A stretch of 64,000 bases of DNA from Candidatus Omnitrophota bacterium (GTDB taxonomy: Bacteria > Omnitrophota > Gorgyraeia > JABMRN01 > RBG-13-46-9): assembly GCA_013203315.1 (NCBI GenBank), contig JABMQJ010000020.1:1-64000 (forward strand), given 5' to 3'. Shown here in pieces: positions 45,179 to 55,498 of the stretch. The notes beneath the pieces were generated by a model that was given only the letters and a program-made list of their open reading frames with translations, had not been told where the DNA came from and searched no databases. Position 1 is the stretch's first letter; each line of letters opens with the position of its first letter. Made by a program: the position numbers and the translations under genes.

Positions 45179-46429
45179 TTAACTTATTTTAGCGAAAATT
45201 TTCTGTATAACAAGAGCGCCTGCGCCTACGGCAACAGCATTTTCCCCCAAGCTTGTCGGAATAACTTTAACTACCTTAACCGCTTCTTCATAGCCCCACA
45301 TCTTAACGGTATTTTTCACCGCTTCCATCAGGACCTCGCCGGCCTTTTCAATGCCTCTTCCTATGACAACGGCTTCCGGATTAAAAAGATTTATCAAATA
45401 CGCGATTTTAGTTCCCAGATACGCCCCCGCTTCCTGTAAAAACTCTACGGCAAGCTTATCGTCGTCTTTAGCCGCTTTTGTCACTATGCTAAATGTGATT
45501 TTATCTAAATCTCCTTTTACCATATCCAAAATCTTGGATTTCGCGTCTTTATTTTTTTGGAAATATATCTTGGAATATGTCGGAATACCTAAATCTATGC
45601 CCCTTGAACGAAGACAACAACCATGGCTATAACCCTCCCAGCAACGAAGCGAAGATTCTCCGGGAGGATTGATATTGAGTTCCCCCGCGCTTTTAGTAGC
45701 ACCGTAATAAAGCTCCCCTTTTATAATCATTCCCACGCTTGAGTCGGAACATATAAATAATATATTTTCAACACCTTCCTCGAGGCCTATTCCCGCCCAT
45801 TTTTCACCCAAAGCTGCAGCCATGGAATCGTGTTCTACGACACTATGCATGTTAAACTTGCCTTCTACCGACTTCTGCAAGGCTGCATAGCTAAACGTTT
45901 CTCCTTTTTCGACAGCATAACGGGCCGTGCCCTTGTACCTATCCAGAGGCCCCCATATGCCGAACCCGACTCCCTTTATCTTTTCTTTTTCTATGCCGCT
46001 TTTTTTGACGAGCCTCTCGATAAGATCGTTTACCCTTTCTATGAATTTATCCTGCCCTTCTTCGCACTTTTTTACTACCTCTTTAGCCACAACCTTTGAG
46101 GTCACGTCTAAAAGACAGGCTGTAAGCACGGTATCCTCTACAATGTGCGGCGCTCCTAAATCAACGCCTATGCTGTAACCATATTCCTTGTTAAGCCGTA
46201 GAAGTTCCGGACGTCTTCCTCCCGTGGAAATATCAAGGCCCGTCTCGTAGGCTAGGCCCTTCTTTATATACGTATTAACGTAATTGGAAACCGTAACTAT
46301 GTTAAGGCCGGTTAGTTTTGAAATGTCGGCGCGCGAAACCTCTCTTTTTCGTCTTATAGTATCCAGTATGTCGAGATTTCTTCTTTCTTTTTCAGTCAGG
46401 CGATCTTCTTTTTCAGTAAAGTCTTTCAC
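45179..46429 (-). CDS. ROK-family transcriptional regulator (NagC/XylR-like)
   Basis: N-terminal winged HTH (SRADISKLTGL...TVS), STGGRRP, GVDLG, AALGE, AGELN, NLFNPE. Confidence 0.9.
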   Translation of the reverse strand: MKDFTEKEDRLTEKERRNLDILDTIRRKREVSRADISKLTGLNIVTVSNYVNTYIKKGLAYETGLDISTGGRRPELLRLNKEYGYSIGVDLGAPHIVEDTVLTACLLDVTSKVVAKEVVKKCEEGQDKFIERVNDLIERLVKKSGIEKEKIKGVGFGIWGPLDRYKGTARYAVEKGETFSYAALQKSVEGKFNMHSVVEHDSMAAALGEKWAGIGLEEGVENILFICSDSSVGMIIKGELYYGATKSAGELNINPPGESSLRCWEGYSHGCCLRSRGIDLGIPTYSKIYFQKNKDAKSKILDMVKGDLDKITFSIVTKAAKDDDKLAVEFLQEAGAYLGTKIAYLINLFNPEAVVIGRGIEKAGEVLMEAVKNTVKMWGYEEAVKVVKVIPTSLGENAVAVGAGALVIQKIFAKIS

Positions 46430-46444
46430 ATCACACCTCTTTTT

Positions 46445-48616
46445 TTAAACTAAACTCGAAGCGAGTTTAGGGTCAAGTTTTAGTAAAAATTCTTTTACGT
46501 TTTTATCGTGGCGCGCCATAGCAAAAGGGATACCCCAAAGGCTCATGTTGCGCACATATAGCTCACCATCACCGAGCGCACCGTCTTTGGAAAAAACTAC
46601 GTCCGGCTGGGCCCAAACATTTTTTCTTTTATAAACAAAATTTTCCCAGGTTCTTTTGGCAATATCCAGCGCTTCGTCAACAAAACCTTCATATATCGCC
46701 AGGCAGCAAAGCGCGTATGTTTCGCCCGTCCATACGTTTTCTGCATGATGATTTGAATGATCGATTTTCCCGTTGGGATAAACGGAATTAACGATACCGA
46801 ACTTACTCTTTTTTCCGTTTAGATTCAAAATTGTTTTAACGGCTTTTTTTACATGATCCTCGGGTAGTATATAACCCAGACCCAGAAGATGTGCGTACCA
46901 TTGCCCGTTAAGTTGGCCCGCGGTACAAGCATTATAACTGCTTTTTTTGGTTTTTCCCGCGATGTAATAAGAGCCGTTCCATAGTTCTTTTTCAAACGAA
47001 TGCTTTCCTCTTTTAAAATAATCTTCGCATTGTTTGTAGAAAGCGTTATCGCCCATAATGCGTGCCATTTTCATGGACGCAAGAAGGCTTGCTAAAAATA
47101 TGCCGGAAGAATATGAGCTTGTTCCGTAAAAATCCCAGAGATCGTAAGTCTGGTCTTTGCCTTCGTTGTCGGGAAGGCCGTTTCCGTCCTTATCCTGGGA
47201 GAATTCCCAGAGCATCGCCTTTTTTACGCTTTTATATATTTTTTTCAAAAACTTAATGTCGTCGGTCCAGAGGAAATCCCTGTATGCCATTAAGGCGTAC
47301 TTCGTGGAAAGGTCCTTCCACGGATGTCCGGCTGTCGTGCCATCCGACGGGCAGCCTATTTGCGATTTTCCAAGGTCGTGGGCGATGCGTCCGTCTTTTT
47401 TCTGGTACTTTTTAAAAAGGAGCATTGTGTTTTTTTCAAGCTCCGGGAAAAACATAGCAAGCGCAATTGTCCCGTAGTACCTAACGTCCAACGTACCCAT
47501 GAGAGGCCATTTTACCGGATTCTCATACATGACAAATTGGTTGTCTTTTGTCCACCAGCTTGCCGAGGTTATGGTCGAAAGATAATTTATAAGACCGTCT
47601 TTTAGCCAATTTTTTAAGGGTGCGGTTTTTATGGGATTTTGCCACCTGTCTATTTTCTTTAAAAATTCTTCTTTTCTTTTATGAACATAAACAGCCACAT
47701 CCCAGGAATCGCCGAACCAGTTCTGATACATGTGTCCGAGATAGTGGTTTGGCATAAACCATGTATAGTAAAAAGGAATTTCCTTTTCTTCATTTGGCTT
47801 TAATTTAAATTTAACTGCGAGTGCAGCCATCCATTCGTCACCCTCGCCCTGCGCTACCTTTCCGCCGTTCTCGTTGGGGAGTTCCCCATTTTCGCTGAAA
47901 AATCTCCATATGTCAAAACGCCTGTCTTCTATGTCACCCTTAAAATTATCCCTGACATAGGACCATTCGTTCTGGTAGGTAATATGGCCTACGTGCGGCA
48001 CCGATAGAGATATGTCACCTCGAGCGCCACCGTCCCACGGATGCGCGTTTTTCTTATAAAAACTTACCCCGGTAAGACCGTTTTTCCGTCTTACCTTGTT
48101 ATATCGGCCCACATTCCAGCTGCCGACCGCGTTTATGCCGGAAGCCATAATTGAAACGAGTGCTTTTTTGTTTGTTGTATTTTTTATTTTGAAACTATAT
48201 ATCGCTGAAGGGATGGAAGAATTTTTGTTATCCTCTTTTATGAAGGGTGAAAAAGCAAGAAGCGAAACATCTAGTTTTATATCTTTGTCTTTAAAACGAA
48301 GTTTGCCAACCGGAAAATTTGCTTCGAATTCTATTCTTTCTACGGTTGGGCATTTATTAAGAGGTGTAGTCTGGAGGAATTTACTTATTGATTTTTCGCC
48401 CTGTTTTATGAATATCGCGAAAGGATTCGAGACCCTATAGTCTTCCGCTGTTCCCGGCCTGTACCCATGAAGTTGGCCTAACGGTTTTTCCCAGTTGTTA
48501 AGCCCCGTAAAGGCGCCTCGTGTCCCGTCGGGAAAAAGTTGCAGTATCCCGCAGCCTATTCCACCGATTGGCAGCCCTGAAATAACATTGTCTTTTGATG
48601 TGTATTTTATAGACAC
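46445..48616 (-). CDS. GH116 beta-glycosidase
   Basis: SGLPIGGIG, TLDVRYY, HDLG, WKDL, QTYDLW, QLNGQWY and VWTG motifs; no signal peptide. Confidence 0.88.
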   Translation of the reverse strand: MSIKYTSKDNVISGLPIGGIGCGILQLFPDGTRGAFTGLNNWEKPLGQLHGYRPGTAEDYRVSNPFAIFIKQGEKSISKFLQTTPLNKCPTVERIEFEANFPVGKLRFKDKDIKLDVSLLAFSPFIKEDNKNSSIPSAIYSFKIKNTTNKKALVSIMASGINAVGSWNVGRYNKVRRKNGLTGVSFYKKNAHPWDGGARGDISLSVPHVGHITYQNEWSYVRDNFKGDIEDRRFDIWRFFSENGELPNENGGKVAQGEGDEWMAALAVKFKLKPNEEKEIPFYYTWFMPNHYLGHMYQNWFGDSWDVAVYVHKRKEEFLKKIDRWQNPIKTAPLKNWLKDGLINYLSTITSASWWTKDNQFVMYENPVKWPLMGTLDVRYYGTIALAMFFPELEKNTMLLFKKYQKKDGRIAHDLGKSQIGCPSDGTTAGHPWKDLSTKYALMAYRDFLWTDDIKFLKKIYKSVKKAMLWEFSQDKDGNGLPDNEGKDQTYDLWDFYGTSSYSSGIFLASLLASMKMARIMGDNAFYKQCEDYFKRGKHSFEKELWNGSYYIAGKTKKSSYNACTAGQLNGQWYAHLLGLGYILPEDHVKKAVKTILNLNGKKSKFGIVNSVYPNGKIDHSNHHAENVWTGETYALCCLAIYEGFVDEALDIAKRTWENFVYKRKNVWAQPDVVFSKDGALGDGELYVRNMSLWGIPFAMARHDKNVKEFLLKLDPKLASSLV

Positions 48617-48659
48617 GTTATCTTACTCGCCTAAAACTGCTTTGGTCTTTGGTGGCAGG

Positions 48660-49721
48660 TCACCTATTGACTTTTCTTTTATAAACTTCTTTTATATAAT
48701 CTTCGGCCAGTTTATTTTGAGGGGTAAAATTCCTGTTTGACTTTCCGCCCATTTTAACTGACGTGCCCCAATCCCACCAGTAAATACCATAAAACCATTC
48801 CTTGTCCCAGAATGTATCAATAACGGCTTTGTAGCAGTTTAGCTGTGTTTCCATGTCAGCCTTTGCGTTGGGTGCGCGTTCCCATGGTGAGCGTGCGGCT
48901 TGCGTTGCGCTGCAATATCCTGTTTCCGGAAATACAACCGGTTTATTGATTCTTTTTTGCCAGGCCTCTATTTCTGGAATCCATTTTTGCCACGCTTCCA
49001 TAAGCTCATCATATGTAGGGTTATCCTTATCGGATAACGGAAAATAAGCATCGATTCCCGCGTAGTCAAGGTCATCCCAGAATCTTATCTGGAGATATTC
49101 ATCGCTCCAGTTGGCAGCATACATCAAGGGTCCCTTATATACCTTTCTCACTTCTTTTATTATTTTTCTCCACTCGTCAACGTGATGCGTAGTCGCGCCG
49201 GTAAGTTCGGTTCCTACGCAAAACATCTCGACGCCGGTTTCCTGGGCTATTTTCGCGTAATGTATCATGAATTTTTCATAATTCTCGAACCATTTTTCCC
49301 AATCGGGCTCTGAAACGCAAGCTATGTCCCCTCTCCAGTTACCGAATTCCGTGCTTATAATATCAAGGTGCGGTTTCAGCAGTACCTTCATGCCGAGTGA
49401 ACGTGCCGTTACTATGGCGTGTTTTAAGCTTTCGTCGGTGGGTGTTTTTTCCGTTGAAAATATATCCGTCGCAAAGCAGTGATCCTGGTACCATGTTGTG
49501 AGAATTGTAACCCATTCGACATTCATGTTTTTTAACTTTTCGAGCGATGCATCAGATCTTTTTGAAGCGTAAGCTTTTTTATTCCACGTCGTATAACACA
49601 TGCCTTTCTGGAATACAGGGCCCGCATGCGCTTTTCCTACAAGACCAGCTACGCTTAAGAAACCTGCCAAAACAATGATAGGCGCTATTGCGATTAGAGA
49701 AACTTTAAAAACTTTATTCAT
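48660..49721 (-). CDS. Secreted GH113-like beta-mannanase
   Basis: LKPH, WRGDI, GTEL, YAANW, GIDAYFPL and PETGY motifs. Confidence 0.85.
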   Translation of the reverse strand: MNKVFKVSLIAIAPIIVLAGFLSVAGLVGKAHAGPVFQKGMCYTTWNKKAYASKRSDASLEKLKNMNVEWVTILTTWYQDHCFATDIFSTEKTPTDESLKHAIVTARSLGMKVLLKPHLDIISTEFGNWRGDIACVSEPDWEKWFENYEKFMIHYAKIAQETGVEMFCVGTELTGATTHHVDEWRKIIKEVRKVYKGPLMYAANWSDEYLQIRFWDDLDYAGIDAYFPLSDKDNPTYDELMEAWQKWIPEIEAWQKRINKPVVFPETGYCSATQAARSPWERAPNAKADMETQLNCYKAVIDTFWDKEWFYGIYWWDWGTSVKMGGKSNRNFTPQNKLAEDYIKEVYKRKVNR

Positions 49722-49752
49722 TCCCGATCACCCTCCGTTCGATTTGTTCGGC

Positions 49753-50493
49753 TTATTTGCCAATTCTTAAGTTGTCGATGTACACCGGGCCTTTGTAAAC
49801 CGGCCTCTTATTCGATTCCACTCTTACGACAATCTTTCTTATGTCTTGTCTAAATGTTTCATCGGGAAGTACCCTTTTCCAGTCGTAGCTACCCGGTCCT
49901 ATGTCGCCCCTTATCGTAACCCACTCGCCGGGGATAAGAGGGACTGAGCGGGTCATCTCTGTCCATTTCCAGCTATCCCCCACTGTAAGAATTATCTTTG
50001 CCCTTAACCCAAGTGGCGTGTCTTCTGTGATATACACATCTACCGCGATTTCCCTGTAAGGGCTGAAGTCGAAATACTGTTCGTGCTCTATAATAGCTGC
50101 GCTCCATATTCTTCCCGGGAAGTTAGAGTTTACTTTAAGGCTTGAATTTCCTTCGCTTGCCACATCGCTTGAAATTTCTATGCTTTCGGCAACGTGGTCA
50201 TCTTTATCCAGGGCCCACTCGGGAACCTCCCAGCCATCTTCATCTTTTTCAAAACTGAATAAAACCATTTCTTCGGTTATGGGTTCACGTTCCGCATCCG
50301 CGGCGGTATCCTTTTCTTGAGCGGGTGTTTTTGGGGTAGCTTGTGGTTCGGCCTGCGTCGTAGCAGTTTCTTTTTTAACCGCTATTTTTGCAGAAGGGCC
50401 TTTCCCTTTCGGCTCTTCGGCTTTACCGCAACCCGAGGATATGATAGATAAAGATATAATAAGTGCTAAATAATAAAAGACTTTTTTTCGCAT
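49753..50493 (-). CDS. Lipoprotein with a free-standing CBM27-like domain
   Basis: SSGC lipobox, Pro/Thr/Ala linker, LFSFE...GW, YKGPVYIDN. Confidence 0.7.
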   Translation of the reverse strand: MRKKVFYYLALIISLSIISSGCGKAEEPKGKGPSAKIAVKKETATTQAEPQATPKTPAQEKDTAADAEREPITEEMVLFSFEKDEDGWEVPEWALDKDDHVAESIEISSDVASEGNSSLKVNSNFPGRIWSAAIIEHEQYFDFSPYREIAVDVYITEDTPLGLRAKIILTVGDSWKWTEMTRSVPLIPGEWVTIRGDIGPGSYDWKRVLPDETFRQDIRKIVVRVESNKRPVYKGPVYIDNLRIGK

Positions 50494-50526
50494 GATTCCC
50501 CTCTCAAGATTATTTACAAACTGTGG

Positions 50527-50559
50527 ATAGTAGGGGGAGTTTAAACCTCCCCCTACTAT
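50527..50559. terminator. 13-bp stem-loop after the secreted CBM gene
   Basis: atagtagggggag...ctccccctactat; no U-tract on the coding strand. Confidence 0.5.
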
Positions 50560-50586
50560 TTGTAGCTGTCCGTATATTAACGTATA

Positions 50587-51180
50587 TTATTCGCCCAATA
50601 CGATATTATCTATATAAATCGGGCCGCTATACGCCGGTTTATTTGTTTCGATTCTGATCGCGATTTTTCTTACGTCCGCTCTGAATTCATCTGTTGGCTT
50701 TGTTCGCCTCCAGTTGGTACTGCCTGGTTTTAGATTTGCTGATATGTGTGTCCATTCACCAGGTTTAAGTCTGACTGAGCGGCTCATTTCTGTCCACTTC
50801 CAGTCTTCGCCTACCGTAAGAATCATCTTCGCTCTCAAGCCTACGGGCGCGTCTTCCGGCACGTAGATATCGCATGCGAGCGTGCTGTATGGCGTCCAAT
50901 CGTAATACTCCATGATCTCTGCCACAGCGCCGTTCCATCTGTTGCCCGGGAAATTGACAGTTAGTTTAAGACTGCCTTTTCCGTCATTAGCAACGTCTTT
51001 GCTTACATCAAGCTCCTCGCCCAGGTAATCGTCCTGTTCGTAAGCCCAGTCGGGGATTTCCCAACCTTCTGTATCTTCGCCTTCAAAGGAAAAAAGCACT
51101 TGATCTTCTGCAAAAGTGCTTCCTGATGCGAGGAATACAACTGCTGTAAGCAGTGCCGCTATAAAAAATAGCTTCTTCAT
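50587..51180 (-). CDS. Secreted free-standing CBM27-like protein (paralog of the 49753 gene)
   Basis: Signal peptide, strong RBS; shares ILTVGxxWKWTEMxRSV and GPxYIDN with the 49753 protein. Confidence 0.72.
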   Translation of the reverse strand: MKKLFFIAALLTAVVFLASGSTFAEDQVLFSFEGEDTEGWEIPDWAYEQDDYLGEELDVSKDVANDGKGSLKLTVNFPGNRWNGAVAEIMEYYDWTPYSTLACDIYVPEDAPVGLRAKMILTVGEDWKWTEMSRSVRLKPGEWTHISANLKPGSTNWRRTKPTDEFRADVRKIAIRIETNKPAYSGPIYIDNIVLGE

Positions 51181-51194
51181 ACGTACACCTCCTT

Positions 51195-52769
51195 TTATTC
51201 TATTTCCTTATACCACTTCTCTATCACAACTTCAGCTTCTTTATCCCTTATCGGAAAACCTATCGGGCTCCAGCGCTCCAGCGGGAAATACTGCCATATG
51301 TACATTCCCTTAAACCAGCTTCTTTTGCTTAGAACTTCGAGGGCCGCGTCCAAACAATCGGCCTGTTCTTTCTGGTCCTCCGGATTTGAAAGCGTTGCCC
51401 ACGGCTGTTTATTCGTTCCGTCGGAACTTACGTATCCGAGCTCTGTAAATATGATCGGTTTATTGAGGTCATTATCTTTTAACCATTTTTCTAAAATGTC
51501 AGCGTGTTTTTCCCATGCTGCTACTAATTCTTCTTTTGTGGGATCGTTTTTATTTGTCAGCGGAAAATAAGCGTCTATGCCTATCAAATCTAAGGCGTCC
51601 CAGAAAGGCATGTCAATATATTCTGTCCAGTTGGCTGAATATGTAATATACCCTGTGTATATTGCCCTTACGGAAGCGATAATATCTCGCCACTCTGCGT
51701 CCCATGCGTCGAATGAAGTGTTTTCGAGTTCTGTGCCTACTGAGAATATTTCCACGTTATTGTCCTGGGCAAGTTTTGCGTAGCGGAGAGCTATTTTTTT
51801 ATAATTTGCAAACCACGCCTTGGTACCTATGATGTCGCCTCTGAATGTACCGTCTTTACAATCTACGTGAGGTTTAAGAAGTACTTTTATGCCGAGGGCG
51901 TGGCATGTCTGGATAGCATGAGCGATTGCACGATCGGTGGGGCTATCGCCGCCTTCAAAATCATGTACAACGATTTCTGTTGAATCTACTGCGTCCTGAT
52001 AAGTCGGAGCCATAATTGCTACGTGTTTTACGCCGATTTTTTTCAAATGAACAAGCATAAGATCAGACGGCACAGAACCGAGTTCCCAATCTGTCCATGA
52101 GGTATACACAACGCCTTTGTGAAATTCCTCCAAGGTCATCGGTGTGGGTTCTTCTTTTAACTCCGCTATGGCTGCCGCAAGCTCTTCTTTTTTCTTGGTG
52201 AGATCTACTACGGGGGTTTTTCTTTCGGGCTCATCGGGGTTTAAACTCTTTGGGCCATATATCTCGAATTCCCATATCGAAACTCCCCAGGTGGAGTTAT
52301 TTCGCTTAAGGCCGATCATCTTGACGTAACGGGCTTTGATAGGTGAAAATTCTATTTCATCTATAACGCCGTCCTGTCCTTCCATTAATACGAGTCTCTT
52401 CCAGTTTTTATTGTCAAGCGAAGCCAGAATTTCGTAATCTAGCGCGTAGGCTGTTTCCCATCTTATGATTATTTTACTCAATACCTTTGGTTTGCCTAAA
52501 TCGAAATAAATCCATTCGTTGTCAACTCCAAGCTGCGAAGACCAGCGTGTGAGTATATCCCCGTCAATAGGCGCTTTGGAGTTTGGAGGAGGGGCCCAGT
52601 CAGGTGTGTCGTCAAAACTTGAGGCAACCGCATCTTCAACCGAGAGATATACAAGAGCGTTCTCTTCGGCAACCTCGGTTACTTCTTGTACCTCTTGCGA
52701 TTCCTGGTTTCCGTATGCGTTCAGCGTGCATCCAACAATAAGTAGGAACGTAATGATATACTTCTTCAT
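51195..52769 (-). CDS. Secreted CBM32 (discoidin) plus GH113-like glycoside hydrolase
   Basis: AAGGAG RBS before MKKYIIT (52769); DGDILTRWSS, WIYFDLG, SIWEFEIYG; then LKPH, GTEL, GIDAYFPL, FTELGY. Confidence 0.85.
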   Translation of the reverse strand: MKKYIITFLLIVGCTLNAYGNQESQEVQEVTEVAEENALVYLSVEDAVASSFDDTPDWAPPPNSKAPIDGDILTRWSSQLGVDNEWIYFDLGKPKVLSKIIIRWETAYALDYEILASLDNKNWKRLVLMEGQDGVIDEIEFSPIKARYVKMIGLKRNNSTWGVSIWEFEIYGPKSLNPDEPERKTPVVDLTKKKEELAAAIAELKEEPTPMTLEEFHKGVVYTSWTDWELGSVPSDLMLVHLKKIGVKHVAIMAPTYQDAVDSTEIVVHDFEGGDSPTDRAIAHAIQTCHALGIKVLLKPHVDCKDGTFRGDIIGTKAWFANYKKIALRYAKLAQDNNVEIFSVGTELENTSFDAWDAEWRDIIASVRAIYTGYITYSANWTEYIDMPFWDALDLIGIDAYFPLTNKNDPTKEELVAAWEKHADILEKWLKDNDLNKPIIFTELGYVSSDGTNKQPWATLSNPEDQKEQADCLDAALEVLSKRSWFKGMYIWQYFPLERWSPIGFPIRDKEAEVVIEKWYKEIE

Positions 52770-52781
52770 ATGACTCCTTAT

Positions 52782-52847
52782 ATTATACCTGGATAAGGCC
52801 TTTAAAGTGTAACACGTATGTAACAAAACTGTAAATATTTTGCAACA
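52782..52847 (-). promoter_or_regulatory. GH113 operon promoter: TATAAT plus four 11-bp-period boxes
   Basis: TATAAT at 52787-52782; TGTAACA 52808, TGTAACA 52819, TGTAAAT 52830, TGCAACA 52841. Confidence 0.7.
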
Positions 52848-52859
52848 ACTGAACCGCTT

Positions 52860-53717
52860 CTACGGCGTTCCATATTCCTTAAGCCCCTTCATCGTTATCC
52901 CTTTCATGAAATACTTCTGGAACAACAGAAAGACGATGAGCATCGGCGTCGTCGCCACCACGGCACCCGCCATGATCGTCGCGAATCTCGTGCCGAACTG
53001 ACTGTTAAGCACGGAGAGGGCGAGCGGCAATGTGCGCATCTGGTTGGAATTTATCACTATGAGGGGCCATATGAAGCTGTTCCACTGCTGCAGAAACGTT
53101 AATATCGCCAGCGTAGCGAGAACCGGCTTTATCAGCGGTAGTATGACGAGGCGGTAGATACCGAACTCGCTGCACCCGTCGATCTTCGCCGCATCCACCA
53201 AGTCATTCGGTATTGACATTATGAACTGCCTGCATAGGAAAACGCCGAAGACTCCCGCCATGACCGGAACGATCAATGCGTTATACGAATTAAGCCAGCC
53301 AAGTTTCCTTATCAGGATGAACCCTGAAATGATGTTAACCTGCCACGGTATCATGAGCGAACCTAAGAGTACAAAAAATATCTTATCCCTACCCCAGAAC
53401 TTGTGCTTGGCAAATGCGTAGCCCGCTAGCGAGCAGAAGAATAAGTTGGCGATGGTAACGGCAGCTGAGACGTATATGGAATTCCAAAGGTACCTCAGTA
53501 TCGGCATAAGCCGGAAGAGGTTCTGATAAGGCAAGACTGTCGGATGTTTCACTATGAACGAAGGCGGGTACGACTGTACTTCTTCGACGGGTTTTATGCT
53601 GGTGACGAACATCCAGACATACGGGATCACTATGACGATCGCGCCGAGTGCGAGGAGCGCGTATATCATACTCTTTGTCGCAACATTCTGGAACCGCTTG
53701 CTCTTCAAAATCTCCAT
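52860..53717 (-). CDS. Carbohydrate ABC transporter permease (MalG-like)
   Basis: SLAGYAFAK, EAA-loop variant IPNDLVDAAKIDG, WNSFIWPL. Confidence 0.92.
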   Translation of the reverse strand: MEILKSKRFQNVATKSMIYALLALGAIVIVIPYVWMFVTSIKPVEEVQSYPPSFIVKHPTVLPYQNLFRLMPILRYLWNSIYVSAAVTIANLFFCSLAGYAFAKHKFWGRDKIFFVLLGSLMIPWQVNIISGFILIRKLGWLNSYNALIVPVMAGVFGVFLCRQFIMSIPNDLVDAAKIDGCSEFGIYRLVILPLIKPVLATLAILTFLQQWNSFIWPLIVINSNQMRTLPLALSVLNSQFGTRFATIMAGAVVATTPMLIVFLLFQKYFMKGITMKGLKEYGTP

Positions 53718-53832
53718 ATCGCTCGTTTTCCTCTAAAGATATTATCTACCACCCAAACACCGGTCTATTATATCAAAAACTATGTAAAAAGATATAAAAA
53801 CATTATAATACCAAAAGATCACATAAATAATG

Positions 53833-55482
53833 TCATTTTGTCATAGCATTTGAACTCTCGATCAACCTCGGCATTACCTTCTCAATCCCTATCCGCACCA
53901 TTTCCCTCGCTCTACTTTGTGAATCCGCAATAGCATAAATCCTGAACTCCGGTGCGTTCCCGGATGGCCTGAGATGTGATATCTCACCATTATCAAAAAG
54001 CATTCTTATGCCATCTGTATAATTTACATTTTCAGGCTTCCCAAAACCGTCATGCTTAAGAAATGCTTCTTCTATTCTCTTTTTAATAGATTCTCTTTCT
54101 TCCGGGTCTTCCAAATCTTTAGGGGTTAGAAAACTCATTATAGCTTTGCCCATTTCTATAGGAAATTCTTTTTTTCTATCTGCATGCGTAAACCGCAAAC
54201 GAAGTGTTTTTATTAATTCTGAAACGCCTGATCCGCTTTTTACGACCAGATGTATAACGCTTAAAAGCGGAAGTACTGCGTCTCTGGTAGGTAAGGCTTT
54301 AAGGGTTTTATTTCCGATCGTAAGATCGGTTCCTGTTAAAAAACCACCGTTCGATTCCCATGAAACCACGTTCCATTTACCTGAATGACTTTGAATAGAA
54401 TCATTCATTGCGGCAACAACAAAAGGTGACCCAATCTTGGTTTGGGTAAGTTCTATGCCTTTGTCCTTACAGATCTTTATAATAGAATCATTTGCGCTAA
54501 CAGGTACACACGCGGCATCTATCTTTATATTCAAATCTTGTAAACCCAACATAGCAAGTAATCCTAAAATATCACCGGTTATATATTTTACATTGTCGGT
54601 CGGCCTACCTTCTTCATATTCCCTGTAAACCAGAAGAGGCCTATCTGAATCACCGTCTAGAGTTACGCCGATATCGAGATCATTGCTCGCGAGAACCTTG
54701 TTAAAGATACTTAAAGTCTTATCGGACACACTTTCAGTATCAACCGGAACGAACCTCTCACTTCTTAAAGGTTCGTTGCCTATCTTAATATCTGGAGCAA
54801 AGACTTTTGCACCTAAACTTTGGAAGATCTCTTTTACGATGTCCCTGCCTACGGCAGAATGTTGATATAAAAATATCTTTGTCCCTCGAGGAAAAAATTC
54901 GTTCCCGAACGCACACTTGTACCTATCTATATAAATTTGACCGGACTCGCCTGTATAAGATTCAGCTTTTAATAATTTATTAAACTCAGATTCAAATTTT
55001 GCCTTAAAGGCGCCCTTTTTATCAAATATTGACTTCTTTTCGGAAGCAGAATAAACTTTTGTTCTTTCTTTTCTTACATTTTCCAAAATACCAGGCTCAT
55101 CCGATTTTAATATCTCTCCGGTCTCTCTTGTAAACTTTATACCGTTCCTATCCACCGGTATATGGCTGCCTGTAACCATAATACTGGCCATATTATTCTG
55201 CATTGCATAATTTGCTAATGCAGGGCTGGGAACCTGCCCTTGATCGTCTACTATACCGCACATATCAGCGATAGCAGCCGAAACAGCCCTTTTTATCCTA
55301 TACGTACTGGGCCTTCTATCTCCGGCTAAAGCTACAGTATCACCTTCTTTAAATTCTCCGCATGTCTTAAGATACGCGATAAAACCCCTTGCATTAATGA
55401 AACACTCCATATCGGTCATATTTTCGACCGTATCTCTTAAGCCGCTTGTACCGAATTTTAATTCTTTAAATTTCGCGTTCAT
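53833..55482 (-). CDS. Phosphomannomutase/phosphoglucomutase
   Basis: FGTSGLR, TGSHIP...RNGIKF, DGDSDR and RPSGNAPEFR motifs. Confidence 0.9.
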   Translation of the reverse strand: MNAKFKELKFGTSGLRDTVENMTDMECFINARGFIAYLKTCGEFKEGDTVALAGDRRPSTYRIKRAVSAAIADMCGIVDDQGQVPSPALANYAMQNNMASIMVTGSHIPVDRNGIKFTRETGEILKSDEPGILENVRKERTKVYSASEKKSIFDKKGAFKAKFESEFNKLLKAESYTGESGQIYIDRYKCAFGNEFFPRGTKIFLYQHSAVGRDIVKEIFQSLGAKVFAPDIKIGNEPLRSERFVPVDTESVSDKTLSIFNKVLASNDLDIGVTLDGDSDRPLLVYREYEEGRPTDNVKYITGDILGLLAMLGLQDLNIKIDAACVPVSANDSIIKICKDKGIELTQTKIGSPFVVAAMNDSIQSHSGKWNVVSWESNGGFLTGTDLTIGNKTLKALPTRDAVLPLLSVIHLVVKSGSGVSELIKTLRLRFTHADRKKEFPIEMGKAIMSFLTPKDLEDPEERESIKKRIEEAFLKHDGFGKPENVNYTDGIRMLFDNGEISHLRPSGNAPEFRIYAIADSQSRAREMVRIGIEKVMPRLIESSNAMTK

Positions 55483-55498
55483 TCTTTAACCTATTAAA

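Noticed and set aside
53767-53810. Another copy of the TGTAACA box array upstream of the MalG-like permease
   Set aside because: Only weak AT-rich matches with inconsistent spacing
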